This document shows positions 24,873 to 64,000 of a DNA stretch of 64,000 nt, one piece after another. The notes under the pieces are model-generated. The model was given only the letters and a program-made list of their open reading frames with translations. It did no database searches and was not told the origin of the DNA. Both the position numbers and the translations under genes were made by a program. Within the stretch, counting starts at the first letter, position 1; each line of letters starts with the position of its first letter. The stretch comes from Gekko japonicus (taxonomy: Eukaryota). The stretch lies in NCBI RefSeq assembly GCF_001447785.1, contig NW_015163615.1, positions 58,342 through 122,341 of the forward strand, given 5' to 3'.

Positions 24873-27800
24873 ATGGAGGACTTGCTGCTGGGTTATCACC
24901 ACTGTTTGAAAGAAATGGGTAGGTAAAACAAGTTAGAATGAGACGAGGAACATGAATGTGGGGAGGAGGGGACTTAAAAAATGGTGAAGAAACTTTCCCT
25001 GTGTACTGACAAAAATGAGCCACGTGACTTTGATACTAGAGTTACCCATTTCATCTTGAGAAATTTCTGAAGATTTTTTTTGGGGGGTGGGGGGGAACTT
25101 AGTGGGAATTTGATGCCTTAGAGTCCACCCCCAAAGCTTTCTAAGTGCATACACTGTAATGTGAGAAGAAACAGGTAACCCTGTATTTGGAAATGCATTA
25201 TACCATGACGGGCATAAGGTATTTAATAAAGAATGATAGCAAGTATTCTTTAAGACATTGGAAAATGATTCATGCTTTTCCCACTATGATGACACCTCTT
25301 TGTTTTTGATGGTCTTGAATTACCCTGGTGTAATGGTAGTAGATTACCCCCTCCCCAAGGACCATTGTGTTTCTACAGAATGGGAGAGAGGCCCAGTAAG
25401 GAACCCACCCTGTACATGGGTAGGGGTTGGGGGAAGATGATGGGAGCAACTTGAACCTCCACTATAACTGCCTGCCACAGAGAACTATAATCCCAAAAGA
25501 AAAATATATGGAACAGCTGACCTTTATAGGGTTCTTCTTTCACAGTTTCTCTCTCTTTATGGTATGTAGATCATTTTTTGTTATAACTGAACCACTGCAT
25601 GCACAGGGAATATTCCACTCTGTTATGGAATATCTATCTGAACTTCATAATTTACTGTCTGCTATAAAGTGAATGGCTTTCATTGGCAGAGTCCACAATC
25701 AAAGATGGGAATTATGTGGTACAAACTTGTGAATTTGCCCAAATGTTGATGACTCCTGTGTTGAGAGGTAAATTTTCTCCCCACTAAGGAGAAAAGCAAA
25801 GTATAAACATGTACTTTTTTGTTCTAATAGTAATTCCGTAAAGATCCTCTAACAGAAAGAATGGCTCCCATTAACATCTCTGGAGCATTTATTGATTGTG
25901 CCTTGTGCCTCCACAAAAGGGGAAGGCATACTGCACCAGAAGCCTGAGATAATGAAAGGGTGATAAGAGGCAACACACTTGAGAAAAATGAAGATAGGTA
26001 TCATGCTGTCATATCAGGTGCTTTAGCTTATAGGCAGATTTTCTCTAAGCCTTTTCTTTTGGTGTGTATTAACTGGGAGAACGGGCATAATGGCAAGCAT
26101 TTGCCTGTAAGTGGTCTGTAGCATCCATTTGTTGCTGCAAATTTATGAGTCCCTTGAACACATGAGACAAAGGATTTTGCTTCTACAAGTAAACTGCAAA
26201 AACAATTAAAAGTTAGGTTAAATGAGGGGATACATTTCACAGTGAATCGTAACCAGATCAAATCAAGTTATCTGGGCCCATGTTATTAATTCTGTGTTTT
26301 CCTTCTCTCCCCACTCTGGGACATTATTCTACACTACAATATAAGATTCTGTAGTAATGTGCAACCCCTGGGTCCCTCACACTGACAGCGATTTGCATAA
26401 AAGCACAATAGCATGAGGGAGCCCTATACAAGATTTGAAGTGTACCTATGTCTTCTCTCAGGAGAGTAGCCAAGAGCCTGCTGAGAGACTTGATAATTAA
26501 TGACTTCATTGTGGGAAAACAAAGAAGGCATGTTGAGTGGAATGAGATACTTGACTTCAAAGATTTTTAATTTGGACTGAAGACTCTGTTTTCCATCAGA
26601 CAATGAAGGCACGCAAACATGTAGTCCTTGCAATGTGATATAGAATGCAGCATTTCTTTTTTATTTGTCTTGCATTAGAACACCTATAGCACATTAGAGA
26701 CCAACAAGATTTTCTTGGGTATGAGCTTCCAAGAGTCAAAGCTCCCTTCATCAAAACGAGCTTCAACTCTCTGTAGCTTATACCTAAAAAATCTTGGTCT
26801 CTAAGGGCCTACTGAACTCGAAACTATCCATGGTTGCCCTCTGAAATTATCCTGCATTGTTATCTTGTATATTTAAAGGCAAGAGGAGCTCAGTATTTCA
26901 GCTGGCATAAAATAAAAATTTGATTTCAATGTTTCATGGATATTAGGTTAAGTACCACGTGTTTTGATCTTGAACTGGACCTTAAACTGCCTTGCTGTTG
27001 AGTTCCAGTTGTTAGTCCCTTAGAGGAAAAATCTTTTGCACTTCTTAGGTTTATTCAAATGATTCCATTCAGTTATTTGTTCCTGAGGAATAAAAACTAT
27101 TTGTATATTGCAACATCTGTTTTAGCAGTTTGTGCTCTGTGATCTCGTCCAAAGCTCTAGATTGAAAAACATACACGCACACACAAAGAAAAAACAAAAC
27201 AACAAAAACCAGGGGAAAAAACCCTTAAAGTTATGCTTCTCTTTATTTAAGAATTACCATATATTAGCCTGTAAGGATAATAAAAGATGCTAAGATGGGG
27301 ATTGTACGATCTTACTATAGGCGTCAGATAGGTTTGCATGTTGTTCACTAATCAAAACCTTATTTTCTTTTTTTTATATATAGTTTTTTTATTATTTCCC
27401 TTATTTTCTTGTGAATAGGTCAGTGTCATCATCCCAGGCCTTATATCTTGAAAGGCAGATGGTCAGTGTGGGTGTGGGCACAAGGTCATATAGGCCAAGA
27501 AGATCTTGCCCAGGATTCAGGTGAGCTTTCTGGGGGCAGCTGCTTGGTTGATCAATAGCTTGCCTTTCTGTTGTCTTCAGCATTCTCTGTCTTCTGCAGA
27601 TCTGATGAAGAGACGGATGAGGCCGTCTTGCTAAGGAGACAGAAGCAGATAGACTATGGCAAAAACACCATTGGTTACCAACACTTTGTCCAACAAGTCC
27701 CCAAGTAAGGGATACCTGCTTCTTCCCTCCTAGGTTTTCATCTAGAGGCAGGCTCTTCACATAGAATTCATCCAATCTGTGCTGATTAGACACTTCTCTA

Positions 27801-29627
27801 ATCACACCCCAAGATTTCGGGTATCTAGCATGTTCATTTTGGCTTGTCTTGATGAGCCATCAGGGAAAAGTCTACCTGGGTCCTTATTTGGGGGAATCTT
27901 AATATTGGCTAAAGGCCGCTTGAGTAGCAGAACCTGATACATCTTTTGTGCTTCATTCCAGAGCTTCTCGGCAGTCAGATGTTCACCCACGTACTCCAAA
28001 TAAACATAAGAAGTACAGTCGTCGTTCCTGGGACATGCAGATTAAGTTGTGGCGACGGGCACTGCATGCCTGGGACCCCCCTGGGCTGAATGCAGAAGTA
28101 CCCGAGAGGGAAGTGTTTGTCAGTTTTTCTTGGCTTCTTCCGACCAACTTGAAGGGAGAATATTTTGCACTGGAGTAGGAAGAAAGGGTAGGGACACAAC
28201 TGTGGGACATGTATCCTCATAACCTAGTCCAGTTTTCTCCCCAAACATTCTGCTATGGTGAACAAATCCACTTGTTTCAAGATGCACCTTTAATCTTGGT
28301 TCTATATTAAGTAGTACCTTATTGTGTAACATCCACTGCCAGTAGCTTGGTGACCCATTTATGAAGTAATCATGAGACATGGTTCAGGAATCACAGGCCT
28401 AGTCTACATATGCTTTTCTCCATGACACTCCTTATCACCATGGAGACACAGTTAATTGTCAACAGAGGTATCTCTCTTCAGTGAGAGCAAATGGTTCCTT
28501 TACCCATTGGAGCTTGGGAATACTTTGTAATCAGTGACATGTGAGTACCTAAAGTGGGTAGTTTGGTGTAGTTATCTTCTACATGAAAAGGAAGCCGAGA
28601 TGCAGGTATGCTATAGAAGGAACGTATAAATAACTTCCAGCTGTTCTGAACTGAAGTTAATTGGGTCCCTAATGAACCTCCCAGAGAGTGAAAGATTTGA
28701 GCTTGCAGTGCTATACTACCCATACAGCTCTCATGGTGTATTTCATGGTTTCCCTCTTGGATATAAAACTAATACTATCTATTTCCTGATTCAATTTGAA
28801 TGAAACTGTTCTTGGTTTGCAAAGGCAGGAGCTGGTAATTGAGAGGGGCCCTCTCCTTGTCTCAAATGGCTGCTTTGGTACCCAAGAGATGCTAGAAAAC
28901 CCATATGAAGAAGCCTTAAGAGGACAGGTATTTGGACTCCGCTTGTGTGACATAAGCAATGGCTAGCAGCAGGAGTAACTTGTCATTGTTTTGATCTGTT
29001 AAAAAATGTGTCCTCACTATTTTGCATGCTAATTTAACAAACCACTCCTTTATATACAACTATGATACATAATTCCATTTCATCATCTGACGGTGTGTGC
29101 ATGCACACGAAAACTCATACCTTGAATAAAACTTTGTTAGTCTTAAAGGTGCCATTGGACTCTAACTTCGTTCTAATGCTCCTTAACATTCTCTGCTGAT
29201 TTTGTAATAGTTCAGATGACTAGAAGATTTCAATTTATAACCAAAATTACATATAGGTGTGTGTGTTGTGTGCATGTGCTAAGCTCTGGGAGTGCTAGAC
29301 CCTTCATGAGACCAGATATCCCATTGGAATTGCTATTATGGAGGGACTGAAAGAAAGCCTCCTTGCTTTGAGGTCAGTTACTAGAAGAACTAACTTAAGA
29401 CAATTTCTTTCATGCACTGTTTTTTGTGTTTTTTTTAGGTTGTTAGATTGTCAGCTTCTCGTCACTTTGTTCCATGGCTGCCTGAGAATGATCACTCCAA
29501 TGGGGGGAACTTTGTTGAACACAGAGAAGACTGTTCCCTCTGTCCTGAGTGTAGATGTCATGTCCTGAGAATATGGCGGAGCTTGACACCCTTGAGAAGG
29601 CATTGTTTAAATGAGGGAAATACCTGA
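24873..29627 (+). CDS. SLBP2: Oocyte-type histone stem-loop binding protein 2 (RBD exons firm; first and last exons tentative)
   Basis: Firm exons 27419-27520, 27600-27704 and 27962-28118 encode [32 protein letters not shown]...[33 protein letters not shown], the SLBP RNA-binding domain. Tentative parts: ATG exon 24873-24922 (Kozak caaccATGG), 28829-28927 and 29439-29627; this model gives ~233 aa. Additional small exons near 25379-25419 and 25690-25767 are possible. Position between CDC25C and FAM53C and RBD residues favour SLBP2 over SLBP1. Confidence 0.85.
26680..26845. mobile_element. Penelope-like pLTR remnant (inverted pair, degenerate)
   Basis: TTAGAGACCAACAAGATTTT...AAAATCTTGGTCTCTAA inverted arms with internal GAGTCAAAGCTCCCTTCATCA. 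Confidence 0.5.
29085..29176 (+). mobile_element. Penelope-like pLTR remnant with degenerate hammerhead core
   Basis: CTGACGG-TGTGTGCATGCACAC-GAAAACTCATAC followed by TTTGTTAGTCTTAAAGGTGCC. Confidence 0.6.
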
Positions 29628-30689
29628 GACAGGCACGAGCCTTTCATGTCTCTACCCTGCTTGTGCACCTTCCCAGTTATTTTGCTGTGACATCCCTAAG
29701 ATTGTAGGGGATCTAGCCTATCTCTACAGCTGTCCTGGTACTCAGCTTCTCTTTGTCCAGTCTTCATATACATTGAGTCAATACATGATTAACTACTTCG
29801 TGTATCTTTGGTCACATTTCTATTATATGGGTGTGGCTTGGGTGGAAGGACAGTGGTGACTATTATGACTATTATGGAAGTCAAACAGTTCCTGAGTGTG
29901 GTTTGAGCAATAAGAGGGTAAACATTGTCCCTGAACTGCTTTGGGAAACAAGAGCATCCCTGCCTACCACTTCGTCTCGATTAAAAACAGTTGATAAAAA
30001 GCTTTATTGTATTATTGTATTTTGATTGCTTGATTGACTGGGGATATTAACACTCATGGGTGTAAGTTTCAGGGTGTTGGAAGAAAGGGGGATAAGAAAC
30101 AAGGCTTGTGGCTATTCCATCAAATACACTTCTTGTTCAAAAATAAAAGTTGTAGTAGTCAAGGAAGGGTGATTGCATAACTGTACATTTACTTGTGATT
30201 AAGCATGAAGTGCCCAATGTCAAAGTAGGAGGTGCCTAGCCCTTCAAAGCTGGCCTTAAGGGCTACACTCAGGCTTTCCTAGCTAGCATTTCCTACAATG
30301 TATTCCACTCTATATCCATGTGTTTTAAAGTGAAGCATTGGCAAGTTAGAGAAACAAAGAGGAATAGGTTTAATTGCTTTCCTGCAGTTGGAGTACATGG
30401 AGCTAAGGAGCTTTAGTATAACTTTGCCACCGGTTGCTCATTCTTGTCTCAGATAGGTACCTAAATGGTTCTTGCTTTGTGCAAAAAAAACAGCTGAGGC
30501 TCAAAGCTAAGCTCCCTGAGTGTGTAAGTTTTACTTCAGATATCTAAAAGCTACTTAATAAAGAGAGGCACGGGGGGGGGACTCAATACAAATGTATTGT
30601 CCCACTGAACATGGCTGAGTCTTGCTCCCGAAAGCATAGCTTGTGACCGCATCTGGCTCAAATTAAGTACCCTACGGAGTTAGAAAATG

Positions 30690-31330
30690 CTTCTTGGCCG
30701 CAGAAGTAAGGGCCAGGGGTGGGGGGTGGGGTGGAAGAGACACAAATACCATTCTCCAGGAGAGCAACGTCGAACTACATCTCCCATCATGCTTTGCTAC
30801 GTGGTATGGGCCATAGAAGGGGAGAAAAAGAGTATGGTGTTGAGGCAGGATCCAGAATCGTGGGAAGATCGGCCGTTATGCTGCACCAAGGGGGAGCGTG
30901 GGTTGGGGTGGATCTACAGATGTCCGGCTGCCTTTCTCAAATGGTCCCGTAGGTTCTTTCTGCGCTACCTGATGTCCCCCCCTTTTTTGTGTGGGTGGTT
31001 TGGGCTCAGCGGGTCGGTCCACTCCCGAGTGAAGGGGGGGAGCAGAGGCTCCTGCGGGGGGTGGTGGGGCTGGGAGCCCGGGCCGCCGGGGCAGAGGAGG
31101 ACGACGGTGGTGGGTGGTGGGGCTAGAGCCCGGGAACCTCCTCCTTGGCGGATGGTCGGTCCCGGGGGTGTTTAGCAGTGAAGGTGCGGGGGGGGGGGGG
31201 CTGGCAAAAGCGCGCGCGGGGGGGGGTGTGGGGGTTGCTGAAATATTTGGGGGGTGTATTACGGATTTCGGTGGTGCCAGCAGCGGTGGTTTTCTGGCAT
31301 CTTCTGGGGGGGGGGTGTCTTTGTGATATG
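30690..31330 (+). promoter_or_regulatory. FAM53C GC/CpG-rich promoter and first non-coding exon region with ZNF143 (SBS) motif
   Basis: ACTACATCTCCCATCATGC at 30774-30792 matches the ACTACA-N2-TCCCA-N2-ATGC motif. Region is GC/CpG-rich and lies upstream of the 5'UTR/ATG exon 35005-35268. Confidence 0.65.
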
Positions 31331-34300
31331 TCTATAGAAGGTATTTAATGTAAGGTAAAGGAGATTATAAAGCTAGGGCTGTTTTGTTTATGAGGGTTTA
31401 AATTGACTGGCTTGAAGGGGGTAATGTTGGGGTTTCCAGACAGGATGTCGCTTTGGTAGTGCGCTCTTGTGTGTGAATGCATCTGTGTGAGAATTTGGGG
31501 TGGAATGGAGGGCCTTCCTTGGGAAGTGGGAAAGTGGCTCCCTCAGTGGAGGATGGGATAGCTATGCTTTGTTAAGTATTGCGTCCCCTGTGGATGCATT
31601 CCTAAAACTAGGTTGTTGGGACCCATTCTTAAAACGCAGTTTAATCTCCCTGCATGGCAAAATCATGTCATGGAGGCTTGCACTGTGCGTCTGGCAACGC
31701 GGCTGGAGGTTTTTCCCGGTTGCTTCAAGCCTGCCTGTATTTTTGTGTTTGGCAAATGGGTAACTTGAGACGAAGGAATCGAGTATTTGTGAAATCCTGT
31801 AAGTTTGGAGAGGAAGGCTTCCTTTTGAAATGATCTGAACTTGTTTCAAAAGCCATCGGGTCAAGGGGTTTGATTTAGCTGGGCTTTCTAAAGGGCTGTG
31901 GCCTGAAGCTGTTAAAGAAAGTAGGAGTGGAACGAGATGCAAAGTACTGTAACCAGTTGCCTAAGGGCAGGAAACAAAGGGCAAGCATAATTTAGTAACA
32001 TGCCTGCTAGTGAAGAATAACCACAAGGTATTTGGCATATTAGATGAGGCTTTGTGTAACTATTTCTGTGGATTTCTCCCCTATCCTCAGGGCTTAGGGT
32101 GAGTTACGGTTACATCTTTTATCTCATTTTATCCTCTCAACAGTCCTGCCAGGGTGTAGTGAAGGAGATAGTACTTATCCAAGGCCACCCAAGAAGCTTC
32201 ATGACTAAGCATGGGTTTGAATTTCAGTCTTTCAGATCTAAATCCAGTACTCTGTATCAGATGAAAAATTAATCAGGATTATAGTTCTGGGGAATATGGG
32301 AGATGGTTGATAGTAGAAGCTGTCTAGATTAGTCTAGAGAATCCAAAATGTAGGTATGTAAAATGAACAGCCGATGAAAGATTAATGGTTGGTCACTCAT
32401 GGAAGTAGAAAATCTATTTCTATGCTGACTAGATTAATGATAAGAATGTAAGGAAACTACCTGGGCATCCTTGTGGGTATCTTTGTAAAGCTGTAGTTTT
32501 TGTTTACCAGAGGAGGGATTATAGATACTGTCAATGTGCATGGCACTTTATAGAATTTCATAAACAAAAAAAGCCAGGTCCCTGCCCTTAAGGAGTGTAC
32601 AATCTATAACAAACAGTGGAGAGAGGGAGACAGATGTAGGAGAGGATGAATATGAGCAATCTTATTTCAGTTTGTTACATGACTCTCAAATGGCTTTTCT
32701 TTTTCTCTCTCTTTGTACAATATTGCTATACTTGGAATGTTTATCATTTCAATATTTCAATATTTTTATTTAAACTGGTAACATTAATAAAGCTGTGGGT
32801 TGCTTAGTCCCCCCCCTGTAGTAAATTGCCAGTTCCTTTCACCTCAAATAAATGCAACTTGGGTCTTTGTGAGCTCTCTTTTCTCTTCTCCCTCCCCCTC
32901 CCCCAGGATACCTTGTTCTACTAATTTTCTCAGGCCTTGCCTGATTGCAGGCTTTCCCCTGTAGTCTCAGGACAGTTCCTCTTGTGACTGTTTGTGAATG
33001 CAAAAGTCACTCCTGAATGTGTATTTACGTAGAAAAATAATACTTGGGCAAGATTTGCTAATAGAATGTTGAATTTCAGAAGATGGATGACACTAGTAAA
33101 GGCAGATATTATAAGACTCTTTAAAACATTATATATATTTAGGGGTAGGAAGGATTCCTCAACCTACAAACACGGTAGTCAGTGTCTGACTTGGATTTTA
33201 AAATCCTGGGTTCAAAATCAGCTTTTTAGCCAGACTTTCTGGGTGGTCTTGAATAAGTCAAGATTTCTTTGACTAAATTACGTATTTGTAAAATAGAAAC
33301 CATAGTTACCTACTTTCAAGAATTCTTCTGGGGATAGACTTCATTAAGAACTGCAGTATCAGATGAAGTATTCTGATACATTAATTACTAAATGAATTAT
33401 TATTCCTATTAATTTGTCTTCCCAAAGTTAAGAATCAGCACTATTAGTAGGCTGCCTTTATATTCTCTCTCTCTCTTCCCCTCCCTCCCTCTCTTTCTCT
33501 TTTAACTTTAGTGAAGGTTTTGGCTAAGAAAAACACACCTTGGCACTATTCATAAATCCTTAGTGAAAGCAGTACAGGAGGTATTCTGACTTGTACAAGA
33601 AAATGTTAATAAAAAGGGCAGATTAACAATTTTTGAGAAGATGCCTTGGAATCTCAGACCTTTGAAGTAGAATTTTATGGGTGATAAATATCCATTGCTG
33701 TTAAAGTTGTGGACAGTCTGATGCTGAGATTTTGTGCAGATCAAGAGAGGCTTCAAGCCTGGATAAAAGTGGAAATGTCAAATAATCAAGAAAATCATCA
33801 ATCATAGTGGATCTTGCGATTTCCTCTGGAGTCTTGAATGCTGGCCAGCTGGAAATCAGAGATTATGGGCCATGGTTCTGATTCAGAGTCACAATATTTT
33901 ATGCTTTCTTATCTGGGGACATTGTATCTTAATAATTAAAGGCCCAGACTTCAGTGTGTTTGCAGTCCTCACAGACTACAGAAAACCAGTATTAAATAAG
34001 GCTTTAGTACTTAAGTGCTTTTGATGTGCATGGGCCACAGCTGAAAAAGCATCTGAGGGGATACAGTTCAGACTGGAAGACAAGTGGGCTGTCTTTAGAA
34101 TGTAATGAAAAAAGCAAAGGGAGCAGAATGCTATGAAAGTTCGCAGAGGTTGAAGAGGAGTTCTTTGTTTTCCATGGCACTCAAATGCTGGTGCTTTCCC
34201 CCTTGGTGCTAGCACTTTCTTTTCTCATTGTGCATGTGAAGAAGCCTTTTCTTGGATTGAATCTTTATGAATTTAACCATTTACAGTAGAATGGCCCTCA

Positions 34301-35184
34301 TGAGCCAAACTCTGTTCCCTGGGATATTAAAGGGAAGGAGGCACTAGACTAGACCTTAGTAGGAATAGGATGGTACAGGTGGGAATGTTGTCCTGATTCT
34401 TTGGCCTGTACCCTCAGAAAGCAATCATAGGGCTGGAGCTTGAAGGGACTTCTGAAATAAAATAGGTAAGCAACATGCTGAAAGTGAGAGTTAAAGAACT
34501 GGTGTGATGGATGGAGTGTTGAGCCTGGATTCGAATCTCCATATACTTACAAAGCTCACTGGATGACACTGGGCCAGTTTATCATCTCTCCACCCTAATC
34601 TACTTCACAGAATTGTTAAGGTGATAAAATGGGGCAGAGATGGTGGAAGACTATACTGCTTGGATTCACTAGGAATAAGGCCTCTGAGATGAGTAGGAAC
34701 ATCTGTGAGCTTGTAGAAGGGGACTTGGATTATCAAGTTATGGGAGAAAGAATCTGATGCTGAGCCTAATGTATACTAAAGACTTAACGTTATTTAACTT
34801 TTGCTCTATCATTGCCCAGGGAATTTTAATTGGGAAGACATAGTGCAAAATAAGCTATGTTGGCTTCCCAGACTTTAGTGTTGCAAATGTGGGTAACATA
34901 AGAAAGCTAGCTCAGTATATTTCTGTTTTTGAGCTTCAAATCTAGAGAAGCCTAGGTGGCAGGGAGTGTGGTATGCCACATATTAAAATGCCTGTGTGTT
35001 GCAGGGTCCCTGAGGATGTCGTGGAACATGGCTCGCTTGTGATGAAGACAACAGTTTAGTAGGTGTGGCAGCTGATGATAATGATGATGCTTGAACACGG
35101 CTGGACTTGCTGAGGGAGGCAGAAGGGTGGCAGGAGACAGAAGCTGGAGTCACAAGGGTTTCTGGTACCAGGCCTCCATGATAA

Positions 35185-46730
<11,546 letters not shown>

Positions 46731-48363
46731 GGATTGGATGTTCCTTTGAAAACTGACTCTGGGATCAGCAGCAGGGGAAGGCTGCGTTCCTAGTTGAGGG
46801 CAGTGGGGTGGGTGCCAAGGGGAAAGTGGCAGTGGGACTGACGGGGTTTTGTCTGCTTGTTTCTTTTGTATTAAAAAAGGGAAAATCACTTACGTGAGTT
46901 ATATGTCTTTGGGATGGGACAATGCTGTTGTTGGGGGGAAAGCAGCAGAGACATCTTTGCTAGTGACGCTGACCTTGTTTCTACACGTGACCATCTAGAA
47001 TTGTTGGTAAAGTCCTTACCTACTCCCAAAGTGCAGAAGCATTTTCCAAAGATAAGTGTAAACAAATTCCAAGAGATGTCACATGATCAGATTCTAATTA
47101 AAATCCTTCATAAACAGGCAAAAGTGGTGAAAGTCCTAAGAATCTATATAACAACTTCAGTAAACTGGGAATATACTGGAATTCCTGGTTACTTTGCATT
47201 GCACTACTTCATATCTTTCTACAAAGTTTTTTTGGCTCAGTGAATGAGCCAGTTTCCTCCCTGGCTGTTAGAATAGAGGTCCTGGCTGTTCATGAGTGCA
47301 GGGGAAAAGAAAAAGAGAGATTTTAGGGCAAGTTTTGTTCTTTAAGGGTTGCAAAGAATAAGCAGTTTGCTTGCTACTTCTCAATGCGAATATTTAAAGA
47401 AATATTTTCAATATCATGCTTTGCCAGAGATATGAATAAGAGGGGTATAGTGAAGTAGTTAGAATAAACAGCAGCAAGTTAAGAGCAGCCAGAAAAGGAA
47501 AGATTACATGTTCTTAAAACAAGTAGGTGCGTATTTGATAGTAACATCGCCTCGTAACTGAGTTGTATAGTGCCTTTACATTTTGAATAGAGGTCATGGT
47601 GCTGTCAAGGTATTGCAGCAAAAAAATAAGACTTGTGTGCCCTTATAATATTAATGGGTAGATGTTCATCAGACAAAGCCTTTCATTTCTTGAATTTTGC
47701 TTCTCATGAGGCATATAAGAGCACCTTACCAGAAAACAAGTCGTCTTTGTCTAACTTCTTTTGTGGCTTGTCGATTGACTACTTCAGAGCACCGTACCCC
47801 CGACTGCTGCTGCTTTTTTTTTTTAACATAGTGCCCCCTTTCCCCTTTCCCCTTTCCCCCTGTTCGTGCCCTGCACGCAAGACTCCACCCCACTGCTTCG
47901 GGAATCCTCAAGCGCCACCACATAGAGGTTAAGGCGCTACACCGGAAGTGATTGCCTGGATCCCGGGACTTTCTAGGCATTCCTCTATGGCTGACGCGGC
48001 CCACCTGGCCCGGGCATTGACGGAGATCCGGCCCTCCGCGAACGCAGCCCGGCCCTTCCGCTTCCTTTTGGAGGCCGGTGGCGAGGCAGTGGCGGGGGGC
48101 GCTGTGCTGGGGAAGAGAGGAGACGAGGCGGGCGGGTTCTGTGCTGCACTGCCTGAAGTGGTCTGGTTGCAGCCGCCTCCCGCGAGGGCAGAGGCGGACG
48201 ACGAGCCGCTGGGGATCCCGCCGGCTGCTGCTGTGCCTTGGGCAGGGACCCGCCGCTCTCCTCTGCCCTCGGTCCCGCTAGCTGAGCCGGGGCTGTGCCT
48301 TTTTGTTGCGCCCTCCCCTCCTCTCTCCCGTCAGAGTCGCGTGGGCCCGTCTCGGCGTGTCCT

Positions 48364-63213
<14,850 letters not shown>

Positions 63214-64000
63214 CATCTCTGCTATCTCTTTTCATCCCTCATAAGAAAGCAGGGTGTTATCCTGTTTTAGGACCTATTGTGACACCTCGTGGACTGTTTC
63301 CTGTTCATGCTGGGCAGGAGAATGCATTTCATTGTTGGCAAATTCTAGCTCTTGCCTTTAAACAGATATTTTATAACAGATTTAGTTTAAATCTCTTGGT
63401 GAATCTCTTTCCTTGTCTGGGGCAAAGAAGCAGTGACTTTTCATCCTTTTGGTAATGTTTAGTTTTATCATGCAAGTTCCCATGCACCTGCCTCCACTGT
63501 GATATGCAGAATAGCACCTGGCTGAATATGAGATCTCCAGTGATTCCAGAACAGGACTGGTGTGGATTCTTAAGGTGACTTCTTAAACTGAAGATCAGCT
63601 AAGAACTCAGGTACAAGTGACAAAGATCATCATAGTGGGAAAGAAGAGCTGTGGGTTTACCTGTTGCTTACTAGGAATAAGGGGACCCTCTTTCTCAGTT
63701 TTGGGCACTTACTGCTTTGATCCTGCCTGTATACTGTTAACAGCTGTAGTTGGTGGGTGACTTGCTTCTAGGGCACTGAGGGTAAGTATTTACAAGAGCC
63801 AGAGTAAATTTGAAATTCTGCCTGGAATCTGATTTATGTTCAAAATGTGCAGAAAATTGGTGACATCGTTTTGACAGTCAAGATGCTTGTTAAGTCACAA
63901 GAAGGAAGGTTTGATTAAGATTTGAGCCCAGCTCAGGGAATGAGAGCTCAACTCCACATAAGAAAGGAGGCGATTCAGAACTCTAGGCTTAAGGTTGTGT

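Noticed and set aside
27459-27482. MVSVGVGT in SLBP2 as a dynein light chain LC8 motif
   Set aside because: Lacks the TQT-type anchor; too weak to claim without an alignment.
30687-31348. Gly-rich ORFs
   Set aside because: Stop-poor GC-rich promoter DNA with no family resemblance.

Overview
Vertebrate genomic DNA from a draft assembly with 3 N-gaps. The repeat content (L2, CR1, RTE, tRNA-SINEs, Penelope, hAT MITEs) suggests a squamate, probably a gecko. Four multi-exon genes can be assembled by hand with GT-AG junctions and consistent phases. These are CDC25C (minus strand, 14 coding exons, ~494 aa), oocyte-type SLBP2 (plus; RNA-binding-domain exons firm, termini tentative), FAM53C (plus, 377 aa) and a third CtBP paralogue (CTBP-like, plus, 9 exons, 439 aa). 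CDC25C and SLBP2 lie head-to-head across a CCAAT/CHR-rich promoter. The SLBP2-FAM53C-CTBP-like block mirrors the SLBP-FAM53A-CTBP1 paralogon. Other notable points: a CtBP-binding PEDLS motif in FAM53C overlapping a 14-3-3 site; a Penelope-type minimal hammerhead ribozyme in a CDC25C intron; five copies of a ~205-bp hAT MITE with 8-bp TSDs; and a LINE fragment flanked by a 99-bp direct repeat. Gene and repeat identities come from recalled family sequences, not database searches.
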